NCBI GenBank assembly: GCA_038143065.1
Contig: JAYQLI010000027.1
Span: 1 to 19,408, forward strand
Length of the DNA: 19,408 nt
Source of the DNA: Rhodospirillales bacterium
GTDB taxonomy: Bacteria; Pseudomonadota; Alphaproteobacteria; Bin95
Direction of reading: 5' to 3'
Under the pieces are notes generated by a model. It did not search any database and had not been told where the DNA came from. It saw only the letters and a list, made by a program, of their open reading frames with translations. Position numbers and translations under genes: made by a program. How positions within the stretch are numbered: the first letter of the stretch is position 1; each line of letters begins with the position of its first letter. Of the stretch, positions 19,400 through 19,408 are shown piece by piece.

Positions 19400-19408
19400 T
19401 GGTGCCCG
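19400..19408 (-). tRNA. Probable 3' end (CGGGCACCA) of the target tRNA, or a further att copy; truncated by the window edge
   Basis: TGGTGCCCG is identical to 3697-3705. Only 9 nt are visible, so an intact tRNA cannot be confirmed. Confidence 0.45.

Larger units (their letters stand above)
3697..19408. mobile_element. tRNA-integrated, phage-satellite-like element with catabolic cargo (~15.7 kb)
   Basis: Direct repeat TGGTGCCCG at both ends, AGGTGGAT repeat pairs near both ends, P4-type integrase, AlpA, primase-helicase and HGGxSTG genes. Confidence 0.85.

Noticed and set aside
3697-19408. Complete prophage, ICE or anti-phage defence island
   Set aside because: No structural, lysis, conjugation or recognisable defence genes were found between the att sites.

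Overview
Accessory region, most likely from a marine alphaproteobacterium (Rhodobacteraceae-like). Almost every gene is broken by single-base indels, which looks like uncorrected long-read error, so genes were rebuilt across frames and their ends are approximate. Most of the window (3697-19408, about 15.7 kb) is one integrative element. It is bounded by a direct repeat of a tRNA 3' end on the minus strand (CCGCCCCCGGGCACCA, tRNA-Phe-like) and has matching AGGTGGAT arm-like repeat pairs at both ends. Its backbone is satellite-like: P4-type tyrosine integrase, HGGxSTG protein, palindromic origin-like site, primase-SF3 helicase, AlpA and a hypothetical gene, with no recognisable capsid or terminase. 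Between these sits a ~10 kb catabolic cargo next to a divergent LacI-family regulator: enolase-superfamily dehydratase, TctA(B)/TctC transporter, cytoplasmic Cys-type sulfatase, DapA-like lyase, dgoK and dgoA. This suggests a mobile pathway for a sulfated sugar acid. Left of the att site is a second unit with a DUF6538-type tyrosine recombinase, a secreted FG-GAP/VCBS-repeat protein and a repeat-rich stretch holding an inverted att-like tRNA remnant.
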